64,000 nucleotides of DNA from Candidatus Latescibacterota bacterium (GTDB lineage Bacteria > Latescibacterota > UBA2968 > UBA8231), in NCBI GenBank assembly GCA_965217585.1, contig OZ244561.1, forward strand, positions 2,592,001 through 2,656,000, in the 5' to 3' direction. Position numbers and translations under genes: made by a program. Under the pieces are notes generated by a model, which was not told where the DNA came from, did not search any database, and saw nothing but the letters and a program-made list of their open reading frames with translations. Of the stretch, positions 47,745-61,859 are shown piece by piece (within the stretch, counting starts at the first letter, position 1; each line of letters starts with the position of its first letter).

Positions 47745-48299
47745 CCCTAAGCCCAACCCCCATCTCTTAGACCTCTTTGTCTGTATTTTTCAGAACCATA
47801 GTGCCTATTTGGCAGTGGAAAACTATTAACACCTATCCCCGTCTAAGTATTGATTCAGTGTGGATAAGTCTATAAAAAAAAGAAAACCGTCATTTTTAAC
47901 TTTCCGACTGTGAAAAACTCAAGTTTTCCACTCCACAATCCACAGACGAACTCCTGCCGCTAAATCATCCCTCTTATTTATAAACATCTTATTAACAATA
48001 TGTTTTGTTGTTTAGGGATAAATCCCTAAGACAGTTATCCACATATCCACAGCATAACTAGAACTTCAAAAGTAAAAGAACACAAAAAAGTGTAGCCTTA
48101 TTAAAAAGATAGATGTGGATTGTCCCATCTCAAACACACACACCTTTTTGTTTTTTTACACACACCTACCCATATGTTCCCTTGTATTAAAAATGAGACA
48201 CTATAAATATAATGGAACTTGACATAAGTAGGCATGAAAGCTAAGTTTATTTAAGTCTTTGAAGGACGATATTCTCAGAAGGATAATCCGAGAAGCTTT
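47745..48299. other. Replication origin oriC (dnaA-dnaN intergenic region)
   Basis: Very AT-rich; DnaA boxes TGTGGATAA (47859), TTATCCACA (48035), ATATCCACA (48043) plus weaker boxes. Confidence 0.85.
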
Positions 48300-49463
48300 A
48301 TGAAGTTACGAGTAAATCGCAATGAGTTATGGCGGGGCATTGATACTGTATTAGAAGCCGTGTCTTCAAAGCCCTCCCTGCCGGTGTTGGCTAATATCTT
48401 GCTTGAAGCCGATGAGAAAACCCTATCCCTATCTGCGACGGATTTAGATTTGTCCATCCGGACTCAAGTCCCTGCTATAGTAGAAGAAAACGGGAGGACG
48501 ACTGTTTCGGCGCGCAAGCTGGCAGAAATCACCCGAGAATGGCCTGAGGCGGAACTGAGTATTGAGGTGCAAGACGATCGACTCAAGCTCTCAGGGCGGC
48601 TCGGGGACGCCGAGAGCAGCGAAGGAGCGTATAGCCTGTCGGGAATAGAGGCTGAAGAGTTTCCCAGTATGCCGACAGCACTTGACGGCGTAAGCCTGAG
48701 TTTGGGGGAGGACGAAGCCGAGACCCATGTTCTAGTAGGCATGATCAACAAGACGGCCTTTGCCGTCTCCGGGGATGATACGCGACCAGTGTTCAACGGG
48801 GTGCTCTGGCGCATCGATGCCCAGGGAATGGAGATGGTGGCTACCGACGGGTCGCGCTTAGCCTGTTGCAGACTAGCCATAGATTTGCAGGATCAGGTAC
48901 AGGCCGATCAAGAGACCGCGGTCATTGTTCCCCCTCAAGCGCTGATCCAGATCGTCAAATTGCTGGGTAGCCATAAAGGGCCAGTCAAGGTCACGCTAGG
49001 CGAGACGCAGATACTGTTTGATATAGGACATACGCATTTGCTGTCGCGTCTGATCGAGGGACCTTATGTCAACTATGCCCAAGTCATTCCTCAGAACAAC
49101 CAAAAAGAACTAAGAATAGCCAGCGAAGATCTTCTGCCGGCCGTACGCCGGGTATCCATCCTATCTAGTTCCTATACGCGTCAAGTGCGTTTTAAGCTAA
49201 ATAGTGGCCAGGTGGAGCTATCGGCCGCCAGCCCCGAAATCGGTGGTGAAGCGAGGGAGGTCGTGCCCGCCCAATATGCCTCTGAAGAGATAGAGGTTGG
49301 CTACAACGCCCAGTATTTGATCGAGATACTGCGCAGAATGGACGCGTCCGAGGTCCGTTTCGAGCTCAATGACCACGTCACAGCAGCTCTGTTGCGACCG
49401 ATGGAACAAAAGGAAGGTGAGGACTACTTCTGCTTGCTAATGCCCTTGCGGCCGACAGGATGA
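48300..49463 (+). CDS. dnaN: DNA polymerase III beta clamp
   Basis: SATDLDL, VATDGSRL, SRLIEGPY, LLMPLR. Confidence 0.97.
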   Translation: MKLRVNRNELWRGIDTVLEAVSSKPSLPVLANILLEADEKTLSLSATDLDLSIRTQVPAIVEENGRTTVSARKLAEITREWPEAELSIEVQDDRLKLSGRLGDAESSEGAYSLSGIEAEEFPSMPTALDGVSLSLGEDEAETHVLVGMINKTAFAVSGDDTRPVFNGVLWRIDAQGMEMVATDGSRLACCRLAIDLQDQVQADQETAVIVPPQALIQIVKLLGSHKGPVKVTLGETQILFDIGHTHLLSRLIEGPYVNYAQVIPQNNQKELRIASEDLLPAVRRVSILSSSYTRQVRFKLNSGQVELSAASPEIGGEAREVVPAQYASEEIEVGYNAQYLIEILRRMDASEVRFELNDHVTAALLRPMEQKEGEDYFCLLMPLRPTG

Positions 49464-49477
49464 GGTAAGCAGGCCTA

Positions 49478-50540
49478 GTGCGGATCCGTGAATTAACGCT
49501 TAGACCCTTCCGAAATTTTGCCGCGATTCGCTTGACCTTTGCAGCAGATCATGTGCTGATTTTTGGTCCAAACGGCCGTGGTAAAAGCAATATTCTAGAA
49601 GCGATTTCCTACCTATCTATCGGTAAGTCAGTGCGCGGGGCCAAGGATCAACACGTCGTGCCGCACGGCGAGGACTTCTTTGATATCCGAGCCTTGTGCA
49701 CTGATGGTCGCCACGACCAGCAATTACGCGTCTTTTACGGTAAAAAGGAGGGCAAGAAGGCATTTGCTGATGCCAGTGCCTTGCCCCGAGTATCGGAGTT
49801 GCTGGGCACCTTCCGCACCGTTCACTTCTCCCCTGAAGACATATCGCTGGTACTGCGCTTCCCGGCCCAGCGAAGGCGGCTCCTCGACATACTTATCGCG
49901 CAGTCTAGCGCAGCGTACTTACGATATATGCAGCGCTATTACCGCGTGTTAGCCCAGAGAAACCACTTGTTGCGCACCGCAAAAAAGTCGAGGCACGGGC
50001 TTGTCGACAGTCAAGTAATGGAACCGTGGAATGCCCAGTTAGTGGATTTGGGAGCCCAACTTCGACTCCATCGCTTGGACGCGCTGAATACGTTGAGGGC
50101 GCCCTTTGTCCGCTACTACGGTCGCTTCGCCTTGGCGGGCGAAGCCGCCGCCGTTGTCTATCAAGGTGCCAAGGAGCAGGATCTGGAGGCCCTTAGAGCT
50201 GAATTGCGCGAAGCACTTGGTCGCCGCAGGGAACAGGAGGCTCAAATAGGATATACGCTCTGTGGGCCACATCGAGACGATTTGAAATTCACATTGAACA
50301 AAGAACAGGCCGACCTCTATGCCTCCGAGGGGCAGCTAAGAACCGTACTCATATCGTGGAAACTAGCTGAGGCCTGCTATATGGAGGAGCAAACAGGCCG
50401 GCAGCCCGTACTGCTCTTAGATGATGCCTTTTCAGAGCTGGACCCTGGCCGGATTGGAGAACTATTGGACATAGTTGGTGAATTTGAACAGGTCATAGCG
50501 ACGACCCCCCAAGAGCCTAATACAAGGCAGGCAGCCCGTT

Positions 50541-50566
<26 letters not shown>
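49478..50566 (+). CDS. recF: DNA repair protein RecF
   Basis: GPNGRGKSNILEAI, GPHRDD, SEGQ, LLLDDAFSELD. Confidence 0.96.
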
Positions 50567-52875
<2,309 letters not shown>

Positions 52876-52903
52876 ATTAGACAACAAAGCTAGGATTTAA
52901 TTA

Positions 52904-55429
52904 ATGCTCGAACAGCAAGAAAGCCGGGTCATCCGGGTCAAAATTGAAGAGGAGCTCAAAACCTCCTTCCTCGACTATTCAATGAGCTTCATACTGTCGC
53001 GCGCCCTACCCGATGTCCGCGATGGTCTCAAGCCATCCCAGCGCCGCATCATGGTAGCGATGAACGACTTGAGCCTTTTTCCCAACCGCGGCTACCGCAA
53101 ATGCGCAAAAATCGCCGGCGATACCTCTGGCAACTACCACCCACACGGCGAAGCCATTGTCTATCCGACATTAGTGCATATGGCGCAGAATTTTCGCTTG
53201 CGTTATCCGCTGGTCCAGGGCCAAGGTAACTTCGGTTCAATTGATGGCTACCCTCCGGCGGCCATGCGCTACACGGAGGCGAGGCTGAGCTGGCCGGCGA
53301 TGGAGCTTCTAACGGATCTCGACAAGAATACCGTCGAATTCGCCAGCAACTACGACGAGACCCAACAAGAGCCGCTGGTTTTGCCGTCTAGGTTTCCCAA
53401 CCTGATCTGCAACGGCTCAATGGGCATTGCCGTCGGCATGGCCACCAAGATTCCGCCGCACAACCTGCGGGAAGTCGCCAGTGGCCTCAAGGCGCTGATC
53501 GATCATCCCGAGATTTCCATTGCCGAGTTGGTTGAGCATGTCAAAGCTCCAGATTTTCCCACCGGCGGAATCATCTACGGCATAAGCGGGGTGCAGCAGG
53601 CCTACGCAACGGGCAGGGGGCTGATCTATATCAGAGCGCGGGCGGATATTGAGACCCTCAAGAATGGCCGCGAGAACATCGTCGTCACCGAAATCCCCTT
53701 CTTAGTAAACAAGGCTAGCCTATTAGAGAAAATCGCCGATCTGGTGCGCGACAAAACCATCGACGGACTTGCCAATATTCGCGACGAATCGGGCCGCAAG
53801 GGTCTGCGCATTGTATTTGAGTGCAAGCGGGACGCCCAAGCCGAAGTCGTGCTCAACCAGCTCTATAGCCATAGCATGTTGCAGACTACCTATGGGGTCA
53901 TGATGCTGGCTATTGTCAATGGCCGTCCTGAGACGCTCAATCTCAAGCAGATGCTGCAGCACTACATCGATCACCGCCATGAGGTGATCGTGCGCCGCAC
54001 ACAATTCGACTTGGAGAAGGCCGAAGCTCGGGCGCACATCCTGGAAGGCCTGCGCTTCGCCTTGGACCACATTGACTTAGTAATTGAGACTATCCGCCGC
54101 TCGTCGAGTCCGGCAGATGCTCAGGAGCGGCTGGCGGTCATCCGTCCCACGACAGCAGACACGTTGAGTAAAGAAGCGACTGACGTGCAATTTGAGTTGA
54201 GCGAGCGACAGATCCAAGCCATCCTAAGCATGCCGTTGCAGCGCTTGACAGGCTTGGAGCGCGACAAAATTGAGGCCGAGTACAAGGGATTGGTAACGAC
54301 GGTTGAGGATCAGAGGGGCATTCTCGCCAGCCAAGAGCGGCAGATGCAGATCATCAAGGACGAGATCGATGAGATCACCGAGCGCTTCGGCGACGAGCGC
54401 CGCACCGAGATCGTCTATTCAGCCGAGGAATTTGACATTGAGGACTTGATTGCCGAAGAGGACATGGTCGTCACCATCTCGCGCAGTGGCTATATCAAGC
54501 GCCTACCCCCTAGGGCCTACCGAGTACAGAATCGCGGAGGGCGTGGGGTGACGGGTATGAAGACCAAGGAAGAGGACTTTGTCGAACACCTCTTCGTGGC
54601 TTCGACCCACTCCTATATCATGTTCTTGACTGCCAAGGGCAAGTGTTATTGGCTCAAGGTCTTTCGCATACCCGAAGGTGACCGCACGGCTCAGGGGCGG
54701 TCGATAGCCAACCTGTTGCCGCTTGGCCAAGACGACCAGATATGCGCCATCGTACCAGTCCAAGAGTTCTCTGACGATCGGTACTTGTTCACGGCTACGC
54801 GCAACGGCATTGTCAAGAAGACTAGGCTTTCGGCCTACCAGAACATCCGCCGCGACGGGATCATCGCCCTGAAGATCCAAGACGACGACGACCTGATTGG
54901 GGCGGCCATCACCGACGGACGGCAGGATATTTCCCTGTTGACGCGCAACGGCCAAGCCATGCGCTTTAGCGAAGGCGAAGTCCGCGCTATGGGCCGGGTT
55001 TCTACGGGCGTTAAAGGAATTAGCTTACGCCAAGGGGATGAGGTTGTGGACATGGTCGTGGTGCGCGAAAGCAGTACCTTGCTAACCATTTGCGAAAACG
55101 GCTATGGCAAGCGCACGAGCCAGACCGAGTACCCCTGCAAGCACCGCGGCGGTCGGGGCGTCATCGACATCAAGACCACCCCACGCAATGGCCCCGTAGT
55201 CGCCTGTAGGGAGATCGAAGCCGAAGAGGAGGTCATGGTGGTGACCCAAAACGGTATTATGATCCGCATTTCCGTACAAGGGCTATCCACCATTGGGCGC
55301 AATACCCAAGGAGTTAGGGTGATCAATCTGGACGAGGGTGACCGAGTTATCGACATGGCCCCGCTGCCTGGCAGCGAGGAAGAGAGTGGCTGGGAAAACG
55401 GCGCGGTCGATGAGGAGGCATCGGGTTGA
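52904..55429 (+). CDS. gyrA: DNA gyrase subunit A
   Basis: [19 protein letters not shown], GyrA box QNRGGRG, C-terminal pinwheel repeats. Confidence 0.97.
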   Translation: MLEQQESRVIRVKIEEELKTSFLDYSMSFILSRALPDVRDGLKPSQRRIMVAMNDLSLFPNRGYRKCAKIAGDTSGNYHPHGEAIVYPTLVHMAQNFRLRYPLVQGQGNFGSIDGYPPAAMRYTEARLSWPAMELLTDLDKNTVEFASNYDETQQEPLVLPSRFPNLICNGSMGIAVGMATKIPPHNLREVASGLKALIDHPEISIAELVEHVKAPDFPTGGIIYGISGVQQAYATGRGLIYIRARADIETLKNGRENIVVTEIPFLVNKASLLEKIADLVRDKTIDGLANIRDESGRKGLRIVFECKRDAQAEVVLNQLYSHSMLQTTYGVMMLAIVNGRPETLNLKQMLQHYIDHRHEVIVRRTQFDLEKAEARAHILEGLRFALDHIDLVIETIRRSSSPADAQERLAVIRPTTADTLSKEATDVQFELSERQIQAILSMPLQRLTGLERDKIEAEYKGLVTTVEDQRGILASQERQMQIIKDEIDEITERFGDERRTEIVYSAEEFDIEDLIAEEDMVVTISRSGYIKRLPPRAYRVQNRGGRGVTGMKTKEEDFVEHLFVASTHSYIMFLTAKGKCYWLKVFRIPEGDRTAQGRSIANLLPLGQDDQICAIVPVQEFSDDRYLFTATRNGIVKKTRLSAYQNIRRDGIIALKIQDDDDLIGAAITDGRQDISLLTRNGQAMRFSEGEVRAMGRVSTGVKGISLRQGDEVVDMVVVRESSTLLTICENGYGKRTSQTEYPCKHRGGRGVIDIKTTPRNGPVVACREIEAEEEVMVVTQNGIMIRISVQGLSTIGRNTQGVRVINLDEGDRVIDMAPLPGSEEESGWENGAVDEEASG

Positions 55430-55454
55430 CCTACGATAGGGCCTCGTGTATATT
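55426..55454 (+). promoter_or_regulatory. Promoter of the tRNA cluster
   Basis: TTGACC-N17-TATATT. Confidence 0.65.
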
Positions 55455-55470
55455 TCTCTCCTTGAGAAAA

Positions 55471-55557
55471 GGAGGGTTAGACCTAATTGGTAAGGCAGCG
55501 GTCTTGAAAACCGCCGGGCTCACGCCCTTGAGGGTTCGAGTCCCTCACCCTCCGCCA
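55471..55557 (+). tRNA. tRNA-Ser (UGA)
   Basis: GCGGT-CTTGAAA-ACCGC anticodon arm, long variable arm, GCCA end. Confidence 0.95.
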
Positions 55558-55635
55558 GTTTACCATTTGATACCGCCACAATCCCATCCTTTTTAGCGGT
55601 GGGAGCACGTCAAAAGTTTATTTTGCAATGGTCGC

Positions 55636-55729
<94 letters not shown>

Positions 55730-55741
55730 ATCTGCGTTAGT

Positions 55742-55817
55742 TGCCCTCTAGCACAATTGGGAGTGCGCCTGACTCTGGATCAGGAGGTTCTAGGTTCGAG
55801 CCCTAGGAGGGCAGCCA
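55742..55817 (+). tRNA. tRNA-Gln (CUG)
   Basis: TGCCCTC/GAGGGCA acceptor, CCTGA-CTCTGGA-TCAGG anticodon arm. Confidence 0.95.
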
Positions 55818-55822
55818 ATACC

Positions 55823-55862
55823 GGCTCCTGAAGGGAATGCTTCAGGAGCCTTCTTCTTTTTG
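55823..55862 (+). terminator. Rho-independent terminator after the tRNA cluster
   Basis: GGCTCCTGAAG/CTTCAGGAGCC hairpin followed by a T-rich tail. Confidence 0.85.
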
Positions 55863-55922
55863 CCTAGATCCTTCCAAATTCTCCGCGCATTCAGTCTCTC
55901 GTCTCTGCATTATCCCACGCCG

Positions 55923-57062
55923 ATGAGTACCCGCATCAGAGAACAACAGATTGCTTGGGGCCTCCTTGCGCCAGCACTTGTCGTGCTGGGCGCGTTTGGA
56001 CTCTTCCCTATTGGCTATGCCTTGTACGTCAGCCTGCACAAGTGGCGGATCAAGAAGGAAGCGGTGGTTGGATTCGACCACTATGTCCGCGCCTTGGGCG
56101 ACTCGCAGTACCTGCTGCCCTTCGTCGCCGGGATCGGCCTCGTCTGGGCGGCCTATCACCTGCGCACCAAGTTATCCGCGCGCGGTCTGCCTCCCCTTTA
56201 TGTCTGCACCGCTTGGGGTGTAGTCGCACTATCGGGGTTTTGGGTGGGGTTGGCTCAGGGCTTGGGTAGCTTAGTCGAGACGGGCGATCCAACGCTGTAC
56301 AACGGCTTCAAGGTCACGTTTTTCTACGCGGTCGGGACGATCCCGTGCCAACTGAGCTTGGCCACCGGACTGGCGTATTTGCTCTTCAAGATCGCACGGG
56401 CTAGAGGCGCGTTTCGCACGCTATTCTTTCTGCCGTATGTCACGCCGATTATCGCCTCGGCCGTGGTTTTCCGCACCATCTTTAGCCCCCACCCGTCCTC
56501 GCTGGCCAACCGCTTCTGGAGCGTTTGGGGGCTGGAGAATCAGCGCTGGTTGCACGAGAGCAAGTCCATCGTCGCCCTGTTACTAAAGGGGGTCGGTTTT
56601 GCTTCTTACCCCGCGTGGGTGGACAGCTTCTTCCCGAGCCTAGCCCTGACCTCGATCATCCTCTACAATATTTGGGTCTATGTCGGCTACGACACGGTGA
56701 TTTTACTGGCCGGCCTCAGTGCTATCCCCAAGCAATACTATGAGGCCGCCGAGATGGACGGGGCTGGCGAGTGGCAAGTCTTCCGCCACATTACCCTGCC
56801 TTTGGTCTCACCAACCCTGTTCTTTTTGTCGATGGTGGCCGTCATTGGGACCTTCAAAGCCTTTAACCATGTGTATATCATGCGGACTGCGGGTGCCCGC
56901 GACTCCGTTGATGTGCTCAGTATTGCCATTTTCGACCAAGTCTTTGAGTACCACAACGCAGGCTACGCCTCGGCGATGGCCTTTGTGCTCTTCGTCGCGA
57001 TCTTGGCGCTGACGCTGCTGCAAAACCGGGTGCTCGGCAGGCGGGTGTTTTATGGCGACTAG
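55923..57062 (+). CDS. Carbohydrate ABC transporter permease (MalF/UgpA-like)
   Basis: YYEAAEMDGA..FRHITLPL EAA loop. Confidence 0.92.
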   Translation: MSTRIREQQIAWGLLAPALVVLGAFGLFPIGYALYVSLHKWRIKKEAVVGFDHYVRALGDSQYLLPFVAGIGLVWAAYHLRTKLSARGLPPLYVCTAWGVVALSGFWVGLAQGLGSLVETGDPTLYNGFKVTFFYAVGTIPCQLSLATGLAYLLFKIARARGAFRTLFFLPYVTPIIASAVVFRTIFSPHPSSLANRFWSVWGLENQRWLHESKSIVALLLKGVGFASYPAWVDSFFPSLALTSIILYNIWVYVGYDTVILLAGLSAIPKQYYEAAEMDGAGEWQVFRHITLPLVSPTLFFLSMVAVIGTFKAFNHVYIMRTAGARDSVDVLSIAIFDQVFEYHNAGYASAMAFVLFVAILALTLLQNRVLGRRVFYGD

Positions 57063-57888
57063 GGACGGCAAAGCTAGGCTGGTTTACTGTGGCCTGAGCT
57101 TGGGGGGGCTGGCTGCCAGCTTTCCGTTCGCGTGGATGCTTGTGGCCTCTTTTATGAGCCGCGGCGAATCGCTGCGGCGGGTCTTGCTGCCCGAGCGCGT
57201 CCAATGGGACAATTATATCGAAGCGTGGCAAGAGGCGGACTTTGGTCTCTATTTTGAGAATTCGCTGATCATCGCCGTCCTACAGGTCAGCGGGACCCTG
57301 CTTTTTTCGCTGATGGCGGCATACCCGCTGGCGCGAATGCAGTTCCGCGGACGAGATGTGGTATTTACCGGCGTCTTGGCTACGCTGATGATCCCCGAGG
57401 CCGTGACCATCGTGCCGAATTTTCTCGTCGTGACTTGGCTGCACCGCAATACGCCGTTTGCTTGGCTCAATAGCTGGCCTGCCCTGACCATTCCCTTTAT
57501 GGCTAGTGCTTTTAGCATTTTTCTTTTGCGTCAGTTTATGCGTGGTCTGCCCAACGAGTTGTGGGATGCAGCTAGGATTGAGGGAGCCGGCCATGTGCGC
57601 TTTCTGTTTCGGATCGCGGTACCCCTGTGCCGGGCACCACTCTTGACGGTCGGCATGTTTACGTTTATTGGTTCCTGGAACGCCTTGGCTTGGCCCTTAC
57701 TAGTGACCAATACGCCGGATTGGCGTCCGATCGCCGTGGGTTTGCAGCAGTTTGCCAGTGAGGCCGGGATCGAGATCCACCTACAAATGGCTGGGGCCGT
57801 CATTGCGACCGCTCCCGTACTCTTGGCATATTTTCTTATCCAGCGAGAATTCACGGAAGGCATTTCCATATCTGGACTCAAAGGATAA
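57052..57888 (+). CDS. Carbohydrate ABC transporter permease (MalG/UgpE-like)
   Basis: FLLRQF..LWDAARIEGA, WNALAWPL. Confidence 0.92.
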   Translation: MATRDGKARLVYCGLSLGGLAASFPFAWMLVASFMSRGESLRRVLLPERVQWDNYIEAWQEADFGLYFENSLIIAVLQVSGTLLFSLMAAYPLARMQFRGRDVVFTGVLATLMIPEAVTIVPNFLVVTWLHRNTPFAWLNSWPALTIPFMASAFSIFLLRQFMRGLPNELWDAARIEGAGHVRFLFRIAVPLCRAPLLTVGMFTFIGSWNALAWPLLVTNTPDWRPIAVGLQQFASEAGIEIHLQMAGAVIATAPVLLAYFLIQREFTEGISISGLKG

Positions 57889-57892
57889 CGCG

Positions 57893-59218
57893 ATGAAACC
57901 GAAAAGTGTGCTGACGTTGGTTTGGTGTGCATCATTCTTGTGGGCCTGTGGCGGCCAGCAAGAAGCCGTCTACGAGCAGCAGACCAGTCTCGAAAACCTC
58001 GACCCGCAAGGACAGAAAATCGTCTTTTGGTATCAACACACCGGCCAGCGCGAAGAGGCCCTGCAAGCGCTGATTGCCGACTTTAACCAGACGAACCGCT
58101 ATGGGATTGAGGTTCGCGGCGAGTACATGGGTCGTTATGGGGACATCTACAACAAGATGAACGTGGGTATCCAGAGCGGTTCACTGGCCGCCAGCTTGGT
58201 CGTAGCCTACCAAAACCAAGCCCGAGCCTACTACCAAGCCGATGGCATCGTGGATATAACGCCCTATATGGATTCGCCCAAATGGGGATTGTCGCCAGAA
58301 CAGCGCAGCGACTACGTCCAAGCGTTTCTGGAGCAGGACAATCTCGGCGGAGTGCAGGTTGGCTTCCCGCCGAATCGCGCGATGGAGTTGCTCTACTACA
58401 ATGTTGATTGGTTGCGCGAGCTGGGCTACGATGGGCCACCGGCGACGTGGGACGATTTTGCCGCGATGTGCCGCCTAGCCAAAGAGCAACCCTTCAGCAA
58501 AAATGAAAATCCAGCGCGCAGTTTAGGTTTTTTGCTCGATGTTGACGCCAGCCGATTCGCCGCGATGGTCTTCAGTCGCGGTGGCGACCTAGTAGATGCA
58601 ACCGGCACCGCCTATGCGCTGGACTCGCCAGAAGTTAAAGCGGTACTGGAGTTGATACAGGAGCTAGCACGAGACGGCGCAATAGACATCGCAGGCGAAC
58701 GGGATGTCGAGCTAAACGAGTTCGTCACCGGTCAGATTCTCTTTTCTCAGGATTCTTCCTCTGGGCTGCCCTTTTACAAGAGTGGCATTGAGGACTCTGG
58801 GCTGGCCTTCGAATGGGGAGTAACCCACCCGCCGCAGACTGGCTCGAGGCCGGTCGTTGACGTGTACGGGGCCAGCGTGTCGATCTGCGCAAGCACGCCC
58901 GAAAAACAGCTAGCGGCTTGGCTTTTCCTCAAGTGGTTTACTGCGCCGAAGCAACAAGCGCGGTGGGTGCGGGCAAGCAATTACTTTCCGGTGCGCAAGA
59001 GTACGGCGCGGGAGTTGGAAAGCTACTTCGAGGAAAACCCGCACTATGGAGTGGCGTTTGGCATGTTGGACTACGGGAAATCAGAGCCGACAATGGCAGG
59101 CTATCGACAGGTGCGGCGGTTGATTCAAGAGGCGATGGTAGGGGCGATAGAAGGCGAGGACGTCGAACAGGTGGCAGCGGAGTTGCAGCGCGCAGCGAAT
59201 CAGACGATTGAGCCGTAG
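57893..59218 (+). CDS. ABC transporter substrate-binding lipoprotein (UgpB-like)
   Basis: Lipobox LWAC, LYYNVD..PATWDDF, AAWLFLKWF. Confidence 0.9.
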   Translation: MKPKSVLTLVWCASFLWACGGQQEAVYEQQTSLENLDPQGQKIVFWYQHTGQREEALQALIADFNQTNRYGIEVRGEYMGRYGDIYNKMNVGIQSGSLAASLVVAYQNQARAYYQADGIVDITPYMDSPKWGLSPEQRSDYVQAFLEQDNLGGVQVGFPPNRAMELLYYNVDWLRELGYDGPPATWDDFAAMCRLAKEQPFSKNENPARSLGFLLDVDASRFAAMVFSRGGDLVDATGTAYALDSPEVKAVLELIQELARDGAIDIAGERDVELNEFVTGQILFSQDSSSGLPFYKSGIEDSGLAFEWGVTHPPQTGSRPVVDVYGASVSICASTPEKQLAAWLFLKWFTAPKQQARWVRASNYFPVRKSTARELESYFEENPHYGVAFGMLDYGKSEPTMAGYRQVRRLIQEAMVGAIEGEDVEQVAAELQRAANQTIEP

Positions 59219-59242
59219 GCGAAAAAGGAGAATCAGTGTAAA

Positions 59243-60601
59243 ATGACTGGAAATAATAAAAGACCAAACGTTATCGTCTTTTTTACCGATCAACAGCGCT
59301 GGGATACAACGGGGCTACACGGCAATCCGATGGGCCTTACGCTGCATCTTGATCGCTTGGCTCGCGAGTACACCCACGCAGCGCATTCCTTTACGTGCCA
59401 ACCCGTCTGCGGCCCGGCGCGCTCTTGTCTGCAAACGGGTCTCTACGCCACGACCACAGGCTGTTATCGCAACGGCATTCCCTTGCCCGCGGACAGCCAG
59501 ACCCTCGCCCACTACTTTGCCGCGGCTGGCTACGACACCGGATATATAGGCAAGTGGCATCTACACGAGCGAGGGACTACCGGTCCGGTGCCGGCATCGG
59601 ACCGCTTTGGCTACCAGTATTGGTTGGCGTCGAATGTTCTCGAGTTTACTTCCGACGCCTATAGTACGGTTCTCTACGATAATGATGATCAACCCGTCCG
59701 CTTACCTGGTTATCGAGTGGATGCGGTCACGGATGCCGCAATCCGCTACGTGGATGCGCACCAAGATCGTCCCTTTTTCCTTTTCATCTCCTACATTGAA
59801 CCTCATCACCAGAACCACTTGGACGACTATCCGCCCCCCGATGGCTACCGGGAGACCTATACCGGAGGCTGGATCCCGCCCGATCTAGCAGCACTAGCCG
59901 GCTCGACTCACCAGCACTTAGGTGGCTATTACGGGATGGTCAAGCGGCTCGATGAAGCGTATGGCCGCCTGCACGACGCGCTCAAGAGTCTGGAGCTGGC
60001 CGACGACACCATCGTGCTCTTTACTTCGGATCATGGCTGTCATTTCAAGACGCGCAACAACGAGTACAAGCGCTCTTGCCACGAAAGCTCGATCCGCGTG
60101 CCGACGGTCTTGACCGGACCCGGTTTTCGCGGCGGCCAATTGCAAGAGCTGGTTAGCTTAATCGACCTGCCGCCAACTCTTTTGGATGCGGCCGGCTTGG
60201 AAATACCCGATCAGATGCAGGGGCGCTCGCTCATGCCGCTTTTGCGCGGTGGAGTAGCCGATTGGCCCGCAGAGGTCTTCGTGCAGATCAGCGAAGCCCA
60301 AGTGGGGCGGGCCGTTCGCACTCGTCGGTGGAAGTACGGGGTGGATGCTCCAAATGGGCAAGGAAGAGACATGGCAGGAGCCGATCACTACGAGGAGCAG
60401 TATCTCTACGATCTACAGGTTGACCCCTACGAGCTGAACAACCTAGTCGGCCTTGAGTCGCATCGAGAAGTGGCCCAAGTAATGCGGGAACGGCTCTTGA
60501 GACGCATGGAAGAAGCCGGAGAGACTCGCCCCCACGTCAAAGAGGCCCCTCCGCGCCGCTCTGGCCAGCGGAAGGTCAGCCCTGAGGAAGCGCGCTCCTA
60601 G
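59243..60601 (+). CDS. Formylglycine-dependent sulfatase (Cys type)
   Basis: PNVIVFFTDQQR, CGPARS..TG, GKWH, SDHG, LYDL..DPYE. Confidence 0.93.
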   Translation: MTGNNKRPNVIVFFTDQQRWDTTGLHGNPMGLTLHLDRLAREYTHAAHSFTCQPVCGPARSCLQTGLYATTTGCYRNGIPLPADSQTLAHYFAAAGYDTGYIGKWHLHERGTTGPVPASDRFGYQYWLASNVLEFTSDAYSTVLYDNDDQPVRLPGYRVDAVTDAAIRYVDAHQDRPFFLFISYIEPHHQNHLDDYPPPDGYRETYTGGWIPPDLAALAGSTHQHLGGYYGMVKRLDEAYGRLHDALKSLELADDTIVLFTSDHGCHFKTRNNEYKRSCHESSIRVPTVLTGPGFRGGQLQELVSLIDLPPTLLDAAGLEIPDQMQGRSLMPLLRGGVADWPAEVFVQISEAQVGRAVRTRRWKYGVDAPNGQGRDMAGADHYEEQYLYDLQVDPYELNNLVGLESHREVAQVMRERLLRRMEEAGETRPHVKEAPPRRSGQRKVSPEEARS

Positions 60602-60646
60602 CCTTAGAAGCTACCTGCAAATCCCTAGCCGCCGCGGTTGCACCGC

Positions 60647-61738
60647 CTAAAGGGAGCCTCGGTCGTCCAGCTTTTCACGCAGCGATTGAAGCTCAAACAA
60701 CCGCTTGACAACTAAAGAGATAGAGCGGGCGAACTCACTCAATATGGTCGCTAGCTGTTCGGGGTGGCCAGGTCCGCTCATGGGCAGCCCCAGACCTAGC
60801 ATGCCCTGTGCAAAGGGCACGTCGATCAGCAGTCCGGGGCGATATATCGAGTCCGAGAAGACTTTTTGGGCCATCTGGCGAAAATCCTCGTCGGCCTCGT
60901 GCTCCCAGACCTTGCCGCGGTTCCAGTAGCTAACCAACCTCCGCAGGGAGGCAAAGTGACCGAGCGATTCTTGGAGATTTACCACGTTCTGTAAGGAGCG
61001 GTAACCACGCGCTGCGGAATAGGCGCGATAGCAAGCCAAGAGGTTTCTTTGTTCGTCGAAGACCTGTAGGTCAACCGCCTCGAATTGGGCTCCCATCGCC
61101 TCTAATTCGTCGCCGAGAATGCGCACGACCTTGCCGATATCGCGCACCTTTTCAGCTTCGCAACCAGCCTGCAAGACGCGGAAGGCCCCTTGCTGACAGC
61201 AATGAGCGGTAATGTCGCGCGCAATGGCCAAGCGCACTTTTTCGCTGATGTTGACGTTGGTGATCTCGACGGGAAGAAAGCTGCCATCACTGCGCACCAT
61301 GAGTGCCTCATAGGCATTGGACGAGCCGCTGGCAACCATGTGCCGAGTTGTGGGACGGGACTGGGGAGCGAACATTAGCTCAATGCCGTCTTTGGCTAGC
61401 AATTCTTCCCCGCAATAACCCAATAAGTCGGCCAAGGTCTGGCTGATGAAGAGCAAGTGTCCGTTTTCGTGGATGACAAAGGCGTTGAGGGTCTCGGCGA
61501 TTTGATGCAAGCGGTCTTTGTGGACTCGGGCCAAGCGTGCTTTATCGTCCATTAGGGAGTCGGTCGAGACGCCGAGGGCGTCAGCCAAACTTTTTAGACC
61601 TGACGAACCCGGCTGGCGCACTCGGCCGGTTTCAATGCGGGAGATAGTGGGTTGGGAGACCCCGGAGCGATCTGAGAGGTCTTTCTGGTTGAGCGATTGT
61701 TTCTGTCGCAGTTCTTTCAGGTTGCGTCCTAAGGACAT
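60647..61738 (-). CDS. XRE-HTH + PAS + GAF-like transcriptional regulator
   Basis: GVSQPTISRIETG HTH; PAS signature LLGY..EEL..RSDGSFLPVEI..ARDIT. Confidence 0.85.
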   Translation of the reverse strand: MSLGRNLKELRQKQSLNQKDLSDRSGVSQPTISRIETGRVRQPGSSGLKSLADALGVSTDSLMDDKARLARVHKDRLHQIAETLNAFVIHENGHLLFISQTLADLLGYCGEELLAKDGIELMFAPQSRPTTRHMVASGSSNAYEALMVRSDGSFLPVEITNVNISEKVRLAIARDITAHCCQQGAFRVLQAGCEAEKVRDIGKVVRILGDELEAMGAQFEAVDLQVFDEQRNLLACYRAYSAARGYRSLQNVVNLQESLGHFASLRRLVSYWNRGKVWEHEADEDFRQMAQKVFSDSIYRPGLLIDVPFAQGMLGLGLPMSGPGHPEQLATILSEFARSISLVVKRLFELQSLREKLDDRGSL

Positions 61739-61859
61739 GGGCTGTTCCTATAATGGGGATCTAAAATACAAGGTGTTTGATATGTAAATAATATGACACG
61801 AAGCGGCTGATTACCAAAACGGAAGGCGATTAAAACAAAATGTACACAAGGGTTTACGC

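Noticed and set aside
55923-59218. ABC operon without an ATPase as a novelty
   Set aside because: Carbohydrate ABC systems commonly share an ATPase encoded elsewhere.
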